This document shows positions 60,747-64,000 of a DNA stretch of 64,000 bases, in pieces; position 1 is the first letter of the stretch; each line of letters begins with the position of its first letter. Source of the DNA: an uncultured Thiotrichales bacterium (GTDB lineage Bacteria > Pseudomonadota > Gammaproteobacteria > Francisellales > CACEW01); the NCBI GenBank assembly GCA_903870015.1, contig CAIQBE010000050.1, positions 15,984 through 79,983 of the forward strand. Direction: 5' to 3'. The notes beneath the pieces were generated by a model. That model saw nothing but the letters and a program-made list of their open reading frames with translations, did no database searches and had not been told where the DNA came from. Position numbers and translations under genes: made by a program.

Positions 60747-62621
60747 ATGAGCACAACTGAAACTTTTGGCTTTCAAACTGAAGTAAAACAACTATTACAA
60801 TTAATGATCCACTCACTTTACAGCAATAAAGAAATTTTTTTGCGCGAGCTAATTTCTAACGCCTCTGACGCCGAAGACAAACTCCGCTTTTTAAGCGTCG
60901 AAAATCCAGCGCTCTTAGAAAATGACCCCGAGTTTAAAATTACCATTGATTTTGACGCCACAGCCAAAACCCTAATCATCACGGACAACGGCATCGGCAT
61001 GAATCGCGATGAAATTATCGAAAACCTAGGCACCATCGCCAAATCCGGCACCAAACAATTTTTAAATGCCTTAACTGGCGATCAAAATAAAGATGTCCAT
61101 CTCATCGGACAATTTGGTGTGGGCTTTTATTCAGCATTTATGGTGGCTGACAAAGTGACAGTTTATAGCCGTAAAGCAGGAACCCCCCAAAATGAAGGTG
61201 TCCTCTGGGAATCGACAGGTGATGGCCAATTTACGATTAGCAATTGCGAACGTGAAGCTCACGGCACACAAGTAATTTTACATGTACGCAAAGAGGATCA
61301 AGAGCTGCTCAATCATTTTAAACTTTTGAGCATTATCCACAAATACTCCGATCACATAATGTTCCCGATTTTATTGAAAGTCGATGAGCATACGCGCCAA
61401 AAAGATGAAAAAGATTTTAATCAAGTCAACAGCGCCGATGCCTTATGGACCCGCCCCAAAAATAAAATCACTGACATTGAATATCAGGATTTTTATAAAC
61501 ATATTAGTCATGATTATCAAAACCCCTTGACCTGGCTGCACTTTAAGGTAGAAGGCAAACAAGAATACACAAGCTTACTGTATATCCCCGCAGCACCTCC
61601 CTTTGATTTATTTGAGCGTGAACACAAAGGCGGCCTTAAGCTATTTATTGAGCGCGTCTTTATTATGGATAATGCCACCATTCTACCCAATTATTTGCGC
61701 TTTATTAAAGGGGTTGTTGACTCCAATGATTTGCCACTGAACGTTTCACGCGAGCTTTTACAAAAAAATGAACTCATCGACAAAATGAAAGCCAACATGA
61801 CCAAGAAAATATTGGCACAGCTCAAAAAAATGAGCGAGGACAATCCTGAACAATACCAAGGTTTTTACCAAAATTTTGGCATTGTACTCAAAGAAGGCTT
61901 TTCTGAGGATCCTGAAAACCAAAAAGAACTGGCAGGATTACTGCGCTTTAGTAGCACACGGGATGACGCCCATACACCGCAAGTTTCATTAGATAACTAT
62001 ATTAAACGCATGAGCACCGAGCAAAAGCACATTTACTATATTATTTCCGACAACTTCAATGCTGCAAAAAATAGTCCACATTTGGAAATTTTTCGTAAAA
62101 AAGATATTGAAGTCTTGTTATTAGCCGATCGCGTTGATGAATGGATGATGGCGTATCTAAAAGAATACGAAGGCAAGGATTTCAAATCGATTACTAAAGA
62201 TGATATTAATCTAGATAATATTAAAGATGCGGATGATAAAAAAACCGAAATACCAGAAAACACACCTGAATCCATCAGCCTGTTAAAACAAATCCAAGAA
62301 TGCCTGGGTAGCAAAGTTAAAGAAGTAAAGGCCTCTAATCGACTGACCGACTCACCCTCATGCCTCGTAGCAGATTCTCAAGGCCTAAGTTTACACCTAC
62401 AGCGTTTAATGCAACAAGCTGGACAAATGGTCCCTCAAAGTCAGCCAATATTAGAAATAAATATGCAACATGCTTTAATTCAGCGTTTAATTGATGAAAA
62501 AGATCAAGATATCGTCAACGACTGGGCTCAACTGCTGTTTGAACAAGCACTATTAGCTGAAGGCGGCAATTTACCTGACCCCGGGACCTTTGTAAAAAGA
62601 ATAAATAAGTATTTCAAATAG
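60747..62621 (+). CDS. htpG: molecular chaperone HtpG (Hsp90)
   Basis: 624 aa. EIFLRELISNASDA and GQFGVGFYSAFMVA motifs. Confidence 0.97.
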   Translation: MSTTETFGFQTEVKQLLQLMIHSLYSNKEIFLRELISNASDAEDKLRFLSVENPALLENDPEFKITIDFDATAKTLIITDNGIGMNRDEIIENLGTIAKSGTKQFLNALTGDQNKDVHLIGQFGVGFYSAFMVADKVTVYSRKAGTPQNEGVLWESTGDGQFTISNCEREAHGTQVILHVRKEDQELLNHFKLLSIIHKYSDHIMFPILLKVDEHTRQKDEKDFNQVNSADALWTRPKNKITDIEYQDFYKHISHDYQNPLTWLHFKVEGKQEYTSLLYIPAAPPFDLFEREHKGGLKLFIERVFIMDNATILPNYLRFIKGVVDSNDLPLNVSRELLQKNELIDKMKANMTKKILAQLKKMSEDNPEQYQGFYQNFGIVLKEGFSEDPENQKELAGLLRFSSTRDDAHTPQVSLDNYIKRMSTEQKHIYYIISDNFNAAKNSPHLEIFRKKDIEVLLLADRVDEWMMAYLKEYEGKDFKSITKDDINLDNIKDADDKKTEIPENTPESISLLKQIQECLGSKVKEVKASNRLTDSPSCLVADSQGLSLHLQRLMQQAGQMVPQSQPILEINMQHALIQRLIDEKDQDIVNDWAQLLFEQALLAEGGNLPDPGTFVKRINKYFK

Positions 62622-62786
62622 AATACATGTTTTCAAAAGGGGTTTTAAGCACTGCAAAACAAGATGACCCCGGGTAACGAGGAACATTTATACAAGGCAA
62701 ATTAGTATAAATAAATATTTTATAAGAAGGCTGAACCCGGATAAATAAAAAATTAAACAACAGCCTTTAAAATTGATAAGAAAAAA

Positions 62787-62820
62787 TGTAGAATAGCACC
62801 AAGGAAAAATCAATTTTTCC
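62787..62820 (+). promoter_or_regulatory. extended -10 promoter plus palindromic operator candidate upstream of the resolvase-like gene
   Basis: TGTAGAAT (62787-62794) is followed by the inverted repeat GGAAAAAT-CA-ATTTTTCC (62803-62820). Confidence 0.3.
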
Positions 62821-62859
62821 AAACTAAATAACCAACAATAAAACAAGGGAGAAATTACA

Positions 62860-63495
62860 ATGAGTAATGTATACCTATATCAAACGCAAGACATAGATAC
62901 CGCAGAACAAATGCAGCTTGAAAGTTATGCAAAGCAAAAAGGCTTCAAAAACTTACACACTGTTACCGAAAGTGCGGACATGGAAACCAAATGGCAAGAG
63001 CGCAGCCTGGGCAAAACCCTCCACAACGCCAAAGCCGGCGATGTGATCGTGGCTTACGATAGTGTACAATTTACTAACTCCGCGGACCAAACCCTCGAAG
63101 TCCTCATTGACCTAGTTGGCCGGGGCATTAATTTGCACTTTGCGAAATACAATATGTCTTACGCCGGTGAAAAAAAATCTCAATTTAGCGAACTTGTAGG
63201 ATTGTTGCGCAAAATAGAATCAGACTATGTGAGCCGAAGAAATATAGAAGCCATCGAGCGTCGTCGCAAAATGGGCGTGGTACTCGGACGTCCTAAAGGC
63301 AGACAAAATAAAGCCCTTAAACTTGATAAATTCAAAAAAGAAATTACCCGTTACTTAGAACTTTCAATTAGCAAGGCCTCCATCGCAAAGCTAGTTAATT
63401 GCCACCCACAAACTCTTTATGATTGGATCGAACGCAACAGCATACCTGATCGCAAACCCAGAAAGCCTCGCACCAGAAAATTAGAAAATGCATAA
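62860..63495 (+). CDS. resolvase/invertase-like protein lacking the catalytic Ser and Arg residues (probable domesticated DNA-binding protein)
   Basis: 211 aa. Overall serine-recombinase layout: N-terminal domain, E-helix-like IERRRKMGVVLGRPKG, and a C-terminal HTH (SIAKLVNCHPQTLYDWIERN). The active-site block reads VYLYQTQDID instead of GYxRVSTxxQ, and DSVQFTN stands in place of DRLGRS. Confidence 0.6.
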   Translation: MSNVYLYQTQDIDTAEQMQLESYAKQKGFKNLHTVTESADMETKWQERSLGKTLHNAKAGDVIVAYDSVQFTNSADQTLEVLIDLVGRGINLHFAKYNMSYAGEKKSQFSELVGLLRKIESDYVSRRNIEAIERRRKMGVVLGRPKGRQNKALKLDKFKKEITRYLELSISKASIAKLVNCHPQTLYDWIERNSIPDRKPRKPRTRKLENA

Positions 63496-63511
63496 ACCTG
63501 CATGAATGATT

Positions 63512-63536
63512 AAAGCCCCTTTTTGGGGCTTTTTTA
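63512..63536. terminator. bidirectional terminator between the resolvase-like gene and lpxA
   Basis: aaagcccc ttttt ggggcttt followed by a T-run. It overlaps the lpxA stop codon. Confidence 0.6.
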
Positions 63537-64000
63537 TTTGCGCAAAACACCACGTTGAGAACGATGAACAAAATCAATAAATATCTGGGCCCGCGGACAA
63601 ATGGGCAAAATTTCAGCCTCAATCTCTGCTAGCGCCGCCGCTTGGGATAAATCACTACGATAATAAATTTTATAAAGCCGCTTCAAGGCCTGCAGCTCAG
63701 GCTCACTAAAGCCACGACGCTTTAAACCTCTAACATTCAAACCCACCGTATAAGGGCTATCACCACCAGCAACCAAAACAAAAGGGGGCACATCTTGAGT
63801 CACAATAGCCGCATGGGCTACCATCGCATAACTACCGACAGAGGTAAATTGATGAATGCCTGAATAGGCGCTCAACAACACAAAATCCCCCACCGATACA
63901 TGCCCAGAAAACGCAACAAAATTGACAATAGTATTATGATCCCCAACAACACAATCATGCCCAACATGACTGTACGCTAAAAAGAAGTTATGATGACCAA
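63534..64000 (-). CDS. lpxA: UDP-N-acetylglucosamine O-acyltransferase, C-terminal 155 codons (5' end beyond the window)
   Basis: Hand translation upstream of the ORF-track fragment continues without stops (HHNFFLAYSHVGHDCVVGDHNTIVNFVAFSGHVSVGDF). These are hexapeptide repeats followed by the LpxA C-terminal helical domain (GLKRRGFS...). Confidence 0.88.
   Translation of the reverse strand, partial: GHHNFFLAYSHVGHDCVVGDHNTIVNFVAFSGHVSVGDFVLLSAYSGIHQFTSVGSYAMVAHAAIVTQDVPPFVLVAGGDSPYTVGLNVRGLKRRGFSEPELQALKRLYKIYYRSDLSQAAALAEIEAEILPICPRAQIFIDFVHRSQRGVLRK

Noticed and set aside
62622-63536. Possible terminal inverted repeats around the resolvase-like gene (caaaaggggtt near 62640 versus gcccctttttgg near 63515)
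   Set aside because: The match is about 9 of 11 nt, and the right copy is simply one arm of the terminator hairpin. This is insufficient to call a mobile element boundary.

Overview
This 64-kb window is a moderately AT-rich gammaproteobacterial chromosome segment. Gene content and local synteny look most like Legionellales: pyrG-kdsA-eno-ftsB, phhAB, a secreted GH18 chitinase, an aromatic amino-acid permease next to a Pht-like MFS transporter, and an LqsR-like atypical response regulator. That taxonomic call is inference from memory of gene families, not a search result. About 75% of the window is recognisable housekeeping. This includes translation (pheST, rplT, rpmI, rpsO, rpmH, serS, 4 tRNAs), RNA turnover (pnp, rne, rnpA), ubiquinone hydroxylases, kdpABC, gltA, folA, dapF, uvrB, htpG and partial lpxA. 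Accessory islets sit between these. (1) An AT-rich block at 12.4-20.5 kb encodes ManC, a Dpm1-like GT2, GtrA, two paralogous PimE/GT87-like polytopic proteins, a 675-aa polytopic protein and an SDR epimerase. I read it as a polyprenyl-phosphate-mannose-dependent periplasmic glycosylation system, and it is the best candidate here for an undescribed system. (2) An ORFan block at 34.7-38.3 kb lies between rpmI and kdpC. (3) A sensor-less histidine-kinase core protein is wedged between tRNA-Val and tRNA-Gly. It has a C10 tract at codons 4-7 and a polybasic-CaaX-like C-terminus. (4) A response regulator with a split receiver domain appears to be in an operon with emrAB. (5) A resolvase-like protein lacks the catalytic Ser/Arg residues. 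A conserved 48-49 nt hairpin element directly follows two tRNA transcription units. No CRISPR array, rRNA, transposase or recognisable phage/defence module was seen. All protein calls rest on motif recognition by eye from the supplied translations; no homology search was run.
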